A DNA stretch of 63,712 bases, filler included, from Stramenopiles sp. TOSAG23-2 (GCA_900128395.1; 14 parts of 14 records of this genome joined end to end with filler, not necessarily neighbours in it), one strand, 5' to 3'; numbered from the whole stretch's first letter, positions 1 through 11,583 are shown. Made by a program: numbers and translations. Notes: a model not told the origin generated them from the letters alone.

Positions 1-536
1 ATTACACCAAAACCACCAAAGAAAAAGATCATTATATTTGACGGTAAATTATTGACAAAAACATTTATGGACAATACAATTGAGAAAATTAAAGTACAGC
101 TTTGCGCACATATAATAACTGTAGGGACTGCTTTATCATGCCTCGATACTGCTACCCAAGAATTTTGTTTCATGTTTTAATGATGGTTTGTACACGGTCT
201 ACACTATATATTGCTATATAATATTACTGTATTATATCTTTAACATAAAAAAATTCTTCGTAAAAATATTATTAATAAATAGAGAAAGCAGAACAAATTT
301 GTTTGTTGTGTTTTATGTGTGTTTCAGATAGAAAGAGTTCTTGTATATATTTATAGATGGCTTCCAGAACAAAAGAACATCCAAAGCAAACAACTGTCAA
401 ACTGGCAAACTGGCAAACTACAAGTGATTGGAGGAGCGGATCCTACTTATACCAGCTTACTAGGCTTACAAGCTTTCTGGGCAAAAATTAAAGCTGTCGA
501 ACGAACTATAATAGCTACCTTGTTATACGTGTTAAT

Positions 537-1196
537 TTATAATAACTTTTCCAATTCATTCTTAAACTTTAAGACAAATTCACTTTCTTCTGGATGTTCC
601 CATTGCCATCTCTCAACTTCTCCACGTTCGTTTTCATATTCAAAAAATGCACGTTTGCTTTTACTATCGATCTCCATATACCAACCAACTGGTAATTGCC
701 CTGAAAGCATTTCTTTCGCTATCCACAATAATCTTTGATGATTAGGATTTTTCAAATCCATACCTAACCTACGTTCTGCAAATGCATGAGTATACCTTTC
801 CCGAAACTCTTCATCTGTTAATTCGTTATATAATTTAGCTTTGACACATCTGTATCCATCATAAACGGAATCTTGATCTGCGTGCCAATTTGTTTGTATT
901 ATCATTTTAAAGCCTTTATAACAAGTTGGGCAAGAACCTACTCCAGCTGCTTTATCAAATGAACATACTTTTTTCAAACAATCTACACAATATGCCATAG
1001 ATGAATCAAATGCTTGACCGCAGCACGGAAGTCGAACTTTCTTTATATTTTCTCGAAAGCAAATTGCACAATCATGCTTACGATATTTTTGAAAATATTC
1101 TGCTGCAAGATTTCTCGTTTGAGTCATGTGTGAATTTTTTTTTATTTGAATTGTTGGCAGTAAGGTTAATGCAGACATGTATTTAGTGTAATTCAA
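537..1196 (-). CDS. RING-finger protein with C-terminal CEP164-like WW domain
   Basis: RING-like Cys pattern CAIC..LPCC..YCVDC..CPTC. C-terminal LGMD..LLWIAKE..LPVGW..FFEY..WQWEHP resembles the helix+WW module at the CEP164 N-terminus. The true start may be the downstream MTQTRN. Confidence 0.75.
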   Translation of the reverse strand: MNYTKYMSALTLLPTIQIKKNSHMTQTRNLAAEYFQKYRKHDCAICFRENIKKVRLPCCGQAFDSSMAYCVDCLKKVCSFDKAAGVGSCPTCYKGFKMIIQTNWHADQDSVYDGYRCVKAKLYNELTDEEFRERYTHAFAERRLGMDLKNPNHQRLLWIAKEMLSGQLPVGWYMEIDSKSKRAFFEYENERGEVERWQWEHPEESEFVLKFKNELEKLL

Positions 1197-1599
1197 TTAT
1201 TACTGATTTATTTTTAATCACACTTGATCAAATGTATATATTTTACAATATGTATATGTATCTATAAATCCTCGTTTTAATTAAATTATTATATAATAAG
1301 AATATAATATAAATAATTATTTTGATTGTTTTTCTTGTTTTTAATTTCTTGTTTTTGTTTGTTTGTATATGTTTAAAATCTATTTTATAAAATGCTACGT
1401 GACTACATACTACATATGGTGTTGTTTTTTGTATGTGCGTATAAGAAATAATTATATGGGTAAGCCAGCCCAGCCAGTAGCAGATTTACATGATATTCTT
1501 ATGCTAATATCAGGTTATTGTCCAAATAAACACTGAAAGGAAGTCTAGTATTTTATCAAGAAAAAAAATTTTTATAATTTTTTACATTTTTTTACAGAC

Positions 1600-1893
1600 T
1601 CAACTCAACAATTCCATTTGTTTATGTATTTTCAATTCAGTCATTTCACGATATCGACTATAATTGGTAGATCCTCTTCCTACTACACCAGATGATGCAC
1701 TTTGAGGACGTCGTTTTCGATTTTGCAACTCCACTTGTTGCTGTTCTTTTATATTATTAGGATTTCGTGGTGATTGAGAATAATAACTAGGTAAATTTCG
1801 TCTTTTACTATCATTCTTCTTCATAACATTATTACCATTTTTATTTTTATTTTCCTCACTTAGTACAACGGGCGGTGTATTGTCGTTGTTCAT
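1600..1893 (-). CDS. Short low-complexity hypothetical protein or gene fragment
   Basis: ATG-started ORF (MNNDNTPP...RRPQSASS...) with coding-like composition between AT-rich flanks. No family recognised. Confidence 0.35.
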   Translation of the reverse strand: MNNDNTPPVVLSEENKNKNGNNVMKKNDSKRRNLPSYYSQSPRNPNNIKEQQQVELQNRKRRPQSASSGVVGRGSTNYSRYREMTELKIHKQMELLS

Positions 1894-2184
1894 GGTTTCA
1901 AAATAACCTTTTTTTTTTAGAAAGTCGAAGCAAACAAACGTTTCTTGACTTTTTGATTCCAATAAAATACGGAGGATCAAACATATATTTAGTGCACATT
2001 ATTTAATAACCGCCATATACAGTATCTTTTTTTATAGTTTTTGCAATTAATGGCCTCATATTTTCTTAGTATAATTATTGGTGATCTACTCAATCTTAAT
2101 GCTAATCGCATTGTAGAAGATAGAGTACGAGTTTAGCTGAGTTTATAAATAGTAACTATAAAGTAAACTATTGTTATCCAATAC

Positions 2185-2205
2185 ATAGCGGCGAAATGCC
2201 GCTAT
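2185..2205. other. GC-rich hairpin in intergenic DNA
   Basis: ATAGCGGC-GAAAT-GCCGCTAT, a perfect 8-bp stem in AT-rich context. Confidence 0.5.
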
Positions 2206-2413
2206 AACTCCTCACAGTTTATTAAAACACAATTAGTATCATACAAGGGAGTATTAAAAATAATATTATGTCTTTTATTAAAATTGTGTGAGTAATATTT
2301 TTTATTTTTTTTTTTATTGTGTATTGTTAATTTTCATTTCTTTATTACTCTCGTCGTATTTCATCTCCTCCTCCTTATTATTTTTTGAGGTATTAATATT
2401 ATTATTCTGCTGG

Positions 2414-2619
2414 TTTCTTTCATTCAATTTAATCGAATAATTAATCGTTTTTGGTCGCAACATAGAATATGAATTATCAAATGTAATACGTAAAATGCCA
2501 GGGGTATTGGATATCCTTTCTTTCATTCAATTTAATCGAATAATTAATCGTTTTTGGTCGCAACATAGAATATGAATTATCAAATGTAATACGTAAAATG
2601 CCAGGGGTATTGGATATCC
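2414..2619. repeat. Exact 103-bp tandem duplication inside the 3' end of the Sec14 gene
   Basis: 2414-2516 is identical to 2517-2619. The unit is not a multiple of 3, so it frameshifts the C-terminus (the 2314..2526 ORF carries the likely original tail). Confidence 0.95.
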
Positions 2620-3874
2620 AAACACCTTTTATCAAACCATTTTCGGCTTTAATTTTCCCATCTCTTTTTGAAATTTCACGAAATACTTGTATAATTTTCT
2701 CGTCTTCTTTATCCTTTGATTTCTTCTCTTTAACATTATTATTACTTGATTTGTTTAATAATACCGCTGACATTTTAATATTATAACCATGCAATAGAAA
2801 TTTCCATGATATTTCAATATCCTTTGATGGAATAACATACTCAATAGTTTTTTTACTACGTCTTGATACATTTATTTTCTCATAGGCAAGACCCTTTTCA
2901 ATATTGTGATTTATATTTTTGCTTCCATCCTTTCTTGCTGCATTGCATAACCTATCACCCTTTAAAGAGTAATGTAAATCTTTATCTTCCATTGTACCAC
3001 CTAAAAATCGCGGTAGCAATGAAGGATTCAAATATTTTGAAGCAAATGGACATTTAGATATATCACCATCTTCTAATTTAACTTTACTTTTACATAATCC
3101 AAGTTTGTTAAAATTCCTTGCTGGCATAATGCTTTTCATTAATCCAAAAATGGCAGAGATCCAGCCTGGTGTATTCACCATTACAAATTTATGTTGCATT
3201 TGTGGGAAATAATTAGCACTTGCTTTAGCTACTGGTACAAAAACTTTTTGTCCTCTACGATCTGACATTTCACTAATCGATACATCTGTTAAATCCATAA
3301 TTAATAATTGTTTAACAATTTTTCGAGATTCTCTAGTTGCTTTATCACATTGTATGAAAGCTATCTCCCTGTAAGCAAAATGTAATAAATGCATCTCTTC
3401 GTATGTCAAGTGATCAAATTGCAACGCTGATATACTTTTTCCTGGGCGAATAATAACAAGTGGTCCATGATCTATTTTGGCATCGGATAAACCAGCTACT
3501 TGAAAAAGTAGAGATGTATCAACAATTGGTTCAAACTCCCATGTTTCGTTTTTTACCTTTTTTAACATATCAGCAAACTTTGGAGTATGATGTCGAAATT
3601 TGATCGTTTCTTTAATTGGTTCCACAGATGCTTCAGCAGTTTCAAAGCTTAAGATGTATCTTAAATAAAATATATCATCATAATATGGAAAAAGGTTCGG
3701 TGTTGGTTTAGGTAAATCATCACCGAGTAAATCTTTTAACTTATCAATTTGCACACGTTTTGTTTCAATTAATTCGTCTACGTCATAACCATTATAATCC
3801 GGTTCTATTGTATTTTCAATATTGTTTTGTTTTTTCTTCTTACTAGTATTATTACTATTTGCTAAACTAGTCAT
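2477..3874 (-). CDS. Sec14/CRAL-TRIO lipid-transfer protein with C-terminal GOLD domain
   Basis: CRAL-TRIO signatures DDIFYLRY, LIMDL, YFPQ..VMVNTPGW and LLPRFLGG. GOLD signature PGILRITFDNSYS..PKTINY. Without the duplication the gene would end at 2314. Confidence 0.9.
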   Translation of the reverse strand: MTSLANSNNTSKKKKQNNIENTIEPDYNGYDVDELIETKRVQIDKLKDLLGDDLPKPTPNLFPYYDDIFYLRYILSFETAEASVEPIKETIKFRHHTPKFADMLKKVKNETWEFEPIVDTSLLFQVAGLSDAKIDHGPLVIIRPGKSISALQFDHLTYEEMHLLHFAYREIAFIQCDKATRESRKIVKQLLIMDLTDVSISEMSDRRGQKVFVPVAKASANYFPQMQHKFVMVNTPGWISAIFGLMKSIMPARNFNKLGLCKSKVKLEDGDISKCPFASKYLNPSLLPRFLGGTMEDKDLHYSLKGDRLCNAARKDGSKNINHNIEKGLAYEKINVSRRSKKTIEYVIPSKDIEISWKFLLHGYNIKMSAVLLNKSSNNNVKEKKSKDKEDEKIIQVFREISKRDGKIKAENGLIKGVWISNTPGILRITFDNSYSMLRPKTINYSIKLNERKDIQYPWHFTYYI

Positions 3875-3888
3875 TTTTCTTTGGTTTC

Positions 3889-4085
3889 TTTAGGATCAAT
3901 AAAATATATATGTATGATTTTGTTTCTATGTCTGATTACTATATATTGGATCCAATAATGTAAAACTCTATCAGAATTATTTTCAATTTAGGATCAATAA
4001 AATATATATGTATGATTTTGTTTCTATGTCTGATTACTATATATTGGATCCAATAATGTAAAACTCTATCAGAATTATTTTCAAT
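3889..4085. repeat. Exact 98-bp tandem duplication just upstream of the Sec14 start
   Basis: Two identical copies of ttaggatcaataaaatatatatg...gaattattttcaat with period 98. Confidence 0.95.
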
Positions 4086-4732
4086 ACGTACCTATCAATA
4101 AATAAATCTTCACGCATATATCAAACAATAGTTGTGATGTAATGATGGAATGTTAATTATTTTCTATTATCAAATATTTTCTTCTATTATTTATAATATA
4201 TTACAGATATAGATGTTCATATTATATTGTAGTTCTATTAATTCGGAATAGCTATATGCATGTTGGATACGGTAAAAGAGCAAAAAAGAACACATCGAAT
4301 AAAATATTTTGGTTGTTTTTGGGCTTTCCAGGCTTTTGAAAACCAGAATTTCACTGATGATGTGATGCTGTAAAAATTGTTTATCAGTATTATACCACAG
4401 GTAATAAATATTTGGAAGTTGTTGAAGAAGAAAAAAATGTTATAGTGATGTACGTATCTTATAATATTAATCTCCAGATCTCCCAGATCTCGTTTTGTTG
4501 TTGGCACCTTGCCAGCTTGCGTTGCTTTTTTGTGTGTCGGTCAAACCAGGCAAACCAGCAAACCATTTTTTTTTTTTTTTACTTACCAGGTATTACTAGG
4601 GATCTAGCAGGTGTAATATTTCAAGTGCCTTTTTTTTAAAAGTTGCACACAGTCAATACGAATTTAGAGAGCCCAAAACGAAAAAAAAAAAAAAATAAAT
4701 AAAATATATTGCGATAGGTAGATAAATAAAAT

Positions 4733-4832
4733 NNNNNNNNNNNNNNNNNNNNNNNNNNNNNNNNNNNNNNNNNNNNTTAATTAATTAANNNNNNNNNNNN
4801 NNNNNNNNNNNNNNNNNNNNNNNNNNNNNNNN
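4733..4832. other. Artificial contig linker (first of 13; the others start at 9561, 14387, 19212, 24030, 28838, 33639, 38438, 43234, 48029, 52823, 57616 and 62408)
   Basis: 44 N + TTAATTAATTAA (stops in all six frames) + 44 N. Contig lengths between linkers fall monotonically (4728, 4726, 4725, 4718 ... 4692). Confidence 0.99.
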
Positions 4833-5168
4833 GATTTTGTGCTTCCCGACATGAGACGATTTTATCATTTTGCGGTTTGGGCTTTCCAGGCTTTCCCGAC
4901 ATGTCGGTGCCAACCCTGTTGATAATATACAAAAAAATTGTAGCTAATTCTAATAATACAGAGTTATAGAATTAGAATTGATGTGATTTTCCCCATAGTA
5001 TGCAGTGTTATAACAAATCTTTAAAAATCAGTTATACATAATAATAATAAACAACTTAAACCTATATAAAAAACAACAACAACAACACTTCATTATTATT
5101 AACTAATATATACTGTTGTATTACATAGACTATTATTAACATAATTATAATATTGTTTTATCTTTAAA

Positions 5169-7877
5169 GTGAATGAGAAAGAACCACACAAATACAACAA
5201 AAGAAACTTCTATTACTATTTCTTCCCCACATTAATTCTCCTCAAAATGCTTAAGAAAGGTGGGAAAGACAAGAAAGGTAATGAAGGCAAAAACAATGGG
5301 AAAAGTAATAATGCTGCTGGAAAAAAAACAGAAGGTAAAAGTGAAGATAATAATAGTAATAAAGCTGTGAAAAAATCAGAGTTACCACTAAAGAAACAGA
5401 ATAGTACAAATAAGGCAAAAGGTACTGGTGCAAAAGATGAACCGCCAATGAAAAAAGATAGTATAGATGATGATGATGTATCTGTAACTATAAGTGTAGA
5501 TGATGTGGATATGAAAGATGGTAAAAAAGAAAGTGGCAAAGGTAAAAAAAAGAATAAAAGTCCAATTAAACGAAAAGAGAGTCCAGGTATCAATAATCTT
5601 GTTGGTGGAGCATATTTGGAACTTGCCCATGATTACCATGATGTATTTGAACGAAAAGGGCGACACCACAAAGGATTTTCCACTTTGTGCTGCCAATGCT
5701 TTTGTTATGTAATATTTTTGGTATTCTATTTAGGAACCATTTTTTATGGAAACGAATCATCCAAAAGCTTTTTCTTCCAACAACACGTAAGAGATACATT
5801 TAGTCTACATGCACCGCCCGGCCAAAGTAGCAGTGCTAGCAATAACATTAATTTTGGAAACGATGGAACATTAGAAAATATAGGAATATTTGTGAATAAT
5901 TATATTTTATCAAATCCAAAAATTTCCTATGTGAATGTTATGCCCGCAGCTTCACCCATTAGCGCATCATTATTGCCAGACAATATGATTGTTATTCTTG
6001 GCAAAGTGCTTATACGTGAATATGATGTTGAATATACTGAACAGTCTTTGTCCAATGATTATAGTGTATGTCAAGTTTCAGATTTAAAATCACATTATGA
6101 AGAACAATGTGCAACATTTAAAAGCACTAGTAATTCAATAAAAACGTCTACAGATGGAATTGATAGCGTAATTAAATTTTCTGTTGGTGCATATGGTTAT
6201 TCTGGAGATTGGTATGAAGGAAATAAAGCAACTAGAGCTACATTGTTGACTTTAGAAAATACAGATAAATTAGAGCAATGGAATAATGAAATTTTCAATA
6301 AATTTACAAATGGGACGAAATTTATATTATTTGAAATGAATTTTTTAAGTGGTCACACTTTGCAGTTTGGTTCGTTACGTCTTGGATTTGAAAAAACATC
6401 AAGTGGAAACATTAAAAGTACACAAAAATTTGTCGCAGAAAATTTATATAATTTTCGTAATCCTATAAATTTACTATCAAGCAATGTTATTTCACTACAA
6501 GCACAATTGAGAATGACTGAATTTATATTAGTTGTTTTATCAACAATTTATTTATTTCCTGCTATAATTAATTGGTTAACATATGGTACGAGAGCTTATT
6601 TAGGAAAAATATGGAATATATTGCCTCTAATAAATTGTGTATTTTTTATTACCATATTAGTGTTTAAAATATTAATCGGTGATAGAATTGAATTAATTCT
6701 CAGCCGTGTACGCGCAGATACAGGAATATCAAGCGCTTTAGCTTTCGATGATATATATACAGCTATTTATTTGATAAAATATATGAAAGCAATCAATGGC
6801 ATCAATGCAATCGTCTTGATATTAAATATCTTTCGTTATTTTGAAGCGCATAAAAAATTAGCAATATTTATAACAGGTGTACAACATGCATTATGGGATA
6901 TGTTCTTGTTTTTGCCAACTGTTTTAGGATTTACAATTTTAGCATATGCAGTAGCATTTCATTTATCGTTTGGTGATCGAATTACCAATTTTAAAAATAT
7001 AAGTTCCTCTTACTACTCGTTGGTCACATTGTTAGTAGGTAATTCAGATGGTTTTAGCGAAATTTATGATGAAAGTTGGCAAATTGGTATATCATTGTAC
7101 ATATCCTATATTGTACTCGTTATAATCATATTAGGAACTACATTTTTCTCTGTCGTAGATGCTGCGTATCACCATGCGAAAGGAAAAAAAGAATTTGGAG
7201 ACGATATTGATTTTTTAAGTGAAGATTTTGCAGATACATTTTATATCTTAACTATATGCTGTACGTGTCCATGCAGGAAGCTAGAAAAATGTTGCCAAGC
7301 CTCTGTCGGTAAAGTATTGCGCAAAGTTCGAAAAATCAAGTTGCCCCATGATGAGATAAACGCAAACAATAATAATAACAATGGTAACAAGACTGATTCA
7401 AAACCTGGTAGTAAACAAGATACGATGTCAAAGCTATCGAAAATTTCTCAGGTATTTCCAATGAAAGGTAAAGGCAGATACAACAATAATCCAAAACGAT
7501 CAGGAATCGGTGGAAAAGGTCAAATGGAGGTGTTATTTGCTCGGATGTTGCACCAAACTGGAATACAAAACAAACATTTACTGCATGAAATTCATGAACT
7601 GTTTGAACATTACGGTACCGGTTTGGGATATCATAGCGGAGATGAAAGTACAATAGGAACTAGTGAATTATCGGAAGATGATATTGAAGACTTTCAAGAT
7701 GAATTTAGTGGACACAATTTAAAAAGCGAAGGTCATGCCGGTAGAAGAAAAGAATTGAAGCGCCATCGTGCAGGTGAGAGCGAGACAAAACGTGGTCCAC
7801 ATAAAAAAAAAATTCATGAACAAGATGATGAATATGAAGATTATGACGTTGTGACACATGATGATGAACATGTTTAA
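5169..7877 (+). CDS. Polycystin-2 (PKD2/TRPP)-like cation channel
   Basis: TM1, then a large extracellular loop (TKFILFEMNF), then five further TMs with WNIL, FRYF and a pore region AFHLSFGD..NF..SYYSLVTLLVG. Charged N- and C-terminal tails. Probable ATG start near 5247. Confidence 0.85.
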   Translation: MNEKEPHKYNKRNFYYYFFPTLILLKMLKKGGKDKKGNEGKNNGKSNNAAGKKTEGKSEDNNSNKAVKKSELPLKKQNSTNKAKGTGAKDEPPMKKDSIDDDDVSVTISVDDVDMKDGKKESGKGKKKNKSPIKRKESPGINNLVGGAYLELAHDYHDVFERKGRHHKGFSTLCCQCFCYVIFLVFYLGTIFYGNESSKSFFFQQHVRDTFSLHAPPGQSSSASNNINFGNDGTLENIGIFVNNYILSNPKISYVNVMPAASPISASLLPDNMIVILGKVLIREYDVEYTEQSLSNDYSVCQVSDLKSHYEEQCATFKSTSNSIKTSTDGIDSVIKFSVGAYGYSGDWYEGNKATRATLLTLENTDKLEQWNNEIFNKFTNGTKFILFEMNFLSGHTLQFGSLRLGFEKTSSGNIKSTQKFVAENLYNFRNPINLLSSNVISLQAQLRMTEFILVVLSTIYLFPAIINWLTYGTRAYLGKIWNILPLINCVFFITILVFKILIGDRIELILSRVRADTGISSALAFDDIYTAIYLIKYMKAINGINAIVLILNIFRYFEAHKKLAIFITGVQHALWDMFLFLPTVLGFTILAYAVAFHLSFGDRITNFKNISSSYYSLVTLLVGNSDGFSEIYDESWQIGISLYISYIVLVIIILGTTFFSVVDAAYHHAKGKKEFGDDIDFLSEDFADTFYILTICCTCPCRKLEKCCQASVGKVLRKVRKIKLPHDEINANNNNNNGNKTDSKPGSKQDTMSKLSKISQVFPMKGKGRYNNNPKRSGIGGKGQMEVLFARMLHQTGIQNKHLLHEIHELFEHYGTGLGYHSGDESTIGTSELSEDDIEDFQDEFSGHNLKSEGHAGRRKELKRHRAGESETKRGPHKKKIHEQDDEYEDYDVVTHDDEHV

Positions 7878-8182
7878 AAGCGAGATTGAGAAAATTAAAA
7901 AAATAGAATTAATTGTGTGTGGTGCCGTGTGTGTGTATTTCAAGACTACATGATGTAAAGCGTGTGTGTGTGCTTTTGTAAAATTAGTAAAGATATGATG
8001 TTACGTATCAATAATGGGATATGGTGTATCATTAATGTTCATATCAGTGTATGCTTTTAGGATATCATATCTCTTTATCAATTATATTTTAAATATCCTG
8101 CAATAATATTAAAATCTTAGGTATCTTATTATGTACATTATATTCATATATATCATAGATTTTTGCGTAATTTTTTACACCA

Positions 8183-8905
8183 TCATGTCAACAACAAGTG
8201 TTTTAAATCATGTTCTACTTCATATACTTTAGTTCTCAATTTTTGATATTCTGAATGAACAGCTGTCGTTTTTATAGGTGTCAATTTTAATGTATCATAC
8301 ATTTTCCAACCATTGGTTGATGAATCATGTACGTTCCAAGAAATATGTTCTTTTTCCCATGGCACAGAATCTCGTATTTCAGGTACTGTAAAAGCCACTA
8401 TAGGCGTCTTGTTGTTACCATTTTTATCATACTTAATAATGTCATTTACGGTTATATACCAATGGGCATCCGTTCCAGGAGTACTTAAATGTATCATCAT
8501 CTGCTTGATTTGTTGACCTCTATGATTTTTTATTGTTAGCATACCTTCAAAATGAGGTTTTCCACCGACACTTGGTGTTTTTGTTGATAATTTCAATTTA
8601 CTCCCACTGATACTTGATGCTGCACCATCGTCAATACCAGAAATTCGTAAAATCTCTACTATTTTTTTCTCTTTCATTGCTTGCTTATTATGAAATATTT
8701 TACGCAAAGAAGGTTTATGAAATAGATCTTTTCTCAAATCGAAATTATGTTTCTTCATATCATTAATACCAAAAGTATCAAAACGCAAAAAATTATCAGA
8801 ATAGACTAATACAAAAATAAGACCCAGCAATATAATAAACAAAAACGTACAAGTACTACACAATGCCTTTTTTTTTTTAGGCTGTTTTTTTTTGAGCAAC
8901 TCCAT
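8183..8905 (-). CDS. Hypothetical type II membrane protein
   Basis: Basic N-terminus, one hydrophobic anchor (FLFIILLGLIFVLVY) and a 240-aa ORF. No family recognised. Confidence 0.7.
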   Translation of the reverse strand: MELLKKKQPKKKKALCSTCTFLFIILLGLIFVLVYSDNFLRFDTFGINDMKKHNFDLRKDLFHKPSLRKIFHNKQAMKEKKIVEILRISGIDDGAASSISGSKLKLSTKTPSVGGKPHFEGMLTIKNHRGQQIKQMMIHLSTPGTDAHWYITVNDIIKYDKNGNNKTPIVAFTVPEIRDSVPWEKEHISWNVHDSSTNGWKMYDTLKLTPIKTTAVHSEYQKLRTKVYEVEHDLKHLLLT

Positions 8906-9918
8906 TGATTACATATATATGATAGAAAGCAGACAAATAATATTATTGAAACAAATCCAACAAATAAATGTTTACCCTTTTTTATCCTTAGTGGTTATTT
9001 TTATAATTTTGATATTGTATAATTCTATTGTGTTTAGTTCTTCCTGTTAATAATTTAGATTATACTGCAACATCTTTTGTGTGTGTGTGAAGTACATCTT
9101 ATATTTTAATATTATAATATTATTACATTGCTATATATATATAGGTGTGTTGTTATTAATATATTATAGTACTAGTAAATATTAATAGTGTTATTATAAT
9201 GTGCACATGTGGCATGCTACCTGGTATAATTATAATATAATGCAAGCCACAGCAAGGCAACCAAGAGGAAGATAAAGAAGAAAAAAAAAAAAGCTGCTGC
9301 CGCGACGTGCGCACGTGCGCACGTTTGATAGGACTTTTGAGCATTTTTGTGCATAGAAGACAGTCAATTTTTATTATCATTGTAATTGTATGCTAATTTC
9401 AATACTGGATTACTGGATGATAATGGGACTACTATGTACTATAAGGTTTTCCGAACCCATAATTATTATACGAATAGTCGGCTGAGGTATGTAGAGATCT
9501 TGCTATGTCCATGCTAAACCTGGCGAATCATCACAATTCATACTCTAACAAGTCCTGCAANNNNNNNNNNNNNNNNNNNNNNNNNNNNNNNNNNNNNNNN
9601 NNNNTTAATTAATTAANNNNNNNNNNNNNNNNNNNNNNNNNNNNNNNNNNNNNNNNNNNNAAACATTAGCACCAGTTATGTTCCCAGTAGTCGATGAGGA
9701 GGAGTAAAAAAAAATAATTTGTTTTTTCTAAAATAATAATACGAAAATATTTTTGATATTTAACGCCATTCATATTTTTGTATTTTTTTTTATAATATAC
9801 TCGTATATTTAAAAATATATTTGTTTACATACGACGCACTTATTATATTTGCACTCTTCTTTCATTTCTCAAGATGTGGAAAAAAAAAACACCAGATGAT
9901 ATGATTTTCTTCTTTTTT

Positions 9919-10712
9919 TTAAATACATGCCACACCATTTTTTTGTTGAATACCTTTTCCTTTTTTTTTTCCATTTGATTGATAACATTCTTCACAAAAA
10001 TCTTCGCTTGTTTTGGAAATGAAAAAAGATTTTAAAGTACAATCGATACCACAACTATCGCATGAAATTGCATACATAACTTCTTCCAACATTAATACAT
10101 CCGCTTTTTCTTCTTTTTTGCTATTCTTCGTCTTTGGTTTTTTCTTAGCATTTTTACTTTTCGCAGATGATGACTTTGATTTACGTTTTTTTCTTTTCGC
10201 TTTGATTTCATTTGCTGGCGGTGCTTTTGTCCCTTGTGCAATTGCAAGATCTTTACTATTTGCATGAGATGCTAATCCATTCCCAAGAAAATTATTTCCG
10301 CGGCTTCCATAACCTGCAGAAAAATTTTCAATTAAAATTGGTTTAACAGATTCAATCTTCTTTTCATCTCCTTCAAAATATTCTGTTAAATCTTTTAAAC
10401 TCATTAATTTACAATTTGGCTGTCGCCTTGCTTTGCTAACTTTTGAATAACCAGGATTTTTCCCTACAACCAAAATATTTGTTTTTCCACTCACAGATGA
10501 TGTGACACGTCCACCAAATGAAACAATAAGTGCTTTGAGTTTGTCTTTTCCCAAATTCAATCCACCACCACCACCTAACTCAGGAAAGATACCGGTCATA
10601 ACGAACGTCGTACCGTTTTGAGATTTTGCAGTTAGCGCTCCATTTTTTCCAGGTTTTGGTATAATATAACGTTTCTTTTTACTTGAAACAATAGCTGTGC
10701 TACCTTGTACAG

Positions 10713-10743
<31 letters not shown>

Positions 10744-11583
10744 GCTAGTGTTGCTACTACTGCTACTACTTCCAGTCATCATCATCATCATGCTACTACT
10801 ACTACCACTACCACTATTATTGTTATTATTATTATTGCTTTCTGCTTTTTTAACAACTTTACGCTTTGTTAATCTTGCATAATTTTCTTTGTTCATAACA
10901 TGATCAATTATTTCACTTTTTTTTTCATCTGAAATTTGAGAAAAACCTGTAAGTAATAATTCATTCATACCTATCAATGCTTGTTCAAAAAATTCTTTAT
11001 TATCACATTTCTCCGGATCTGGTAAACCAAGCCAAATTCTAGAAGGAACTCTCCAGCAACATAAATGAACCCAACGAATGTATTGACCACTTTGTTTTTC
11101 AAAATATCCAATTCGAACTTCACCTTTTTCAATAAGACTTTTTCCTGTTTCTCTACATGGTTGACATTTTTTTGCTTTGCCTTTTGCAACGCATCTTGAA
11201 CGCCCTGATTTAGCAAGCTCAATTTTATATGTTGGAACGGCTTCCTCAGCCGCAGCTTCATAATATTCCCATGATGGTGTTGGTTTCGATGAAAAATCTT
11301 TAAATACACTTTCATATTTAGACGAGGTATCATGTGTTAATTCAATAATAAAAGACGAGACGGTATTTTTATCAAAAATATCACGTAATACTTCAAAACT
11401 AGTTTGTACTTTGCGAAAAACAGCTGCATCTCCACCTTTATCTGGATGTGATATACGAATCTTTTTGAAATATTGCTTTTTTATAACTTGCCATTCTTCA
11501 TCAAGTGATTGACAATCATTAAAATATGCATTGTAAGAAGAAAATTCAAAACCAATATTCGTGAGACAGTCTTTTATTGACAT
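9919..11583 (-). CDS. DnaJ J-domain + PARP-type zinc finger + BRCT + ZZ-like zinc finger protein
   Basis: J domain with HPD (SHPDKGGD..FRKVQTSFEVL); zf-PARP (YKIELAKSGRSRC..C..IEKGEVRIG..WVHLCC); RFC1/ligase-type BRCT (TFVMTG..FGGRVTSSVSGKTNILVVG); basic NLS-like tract; CDSC..DFCEECY. Confidence 0.88.
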
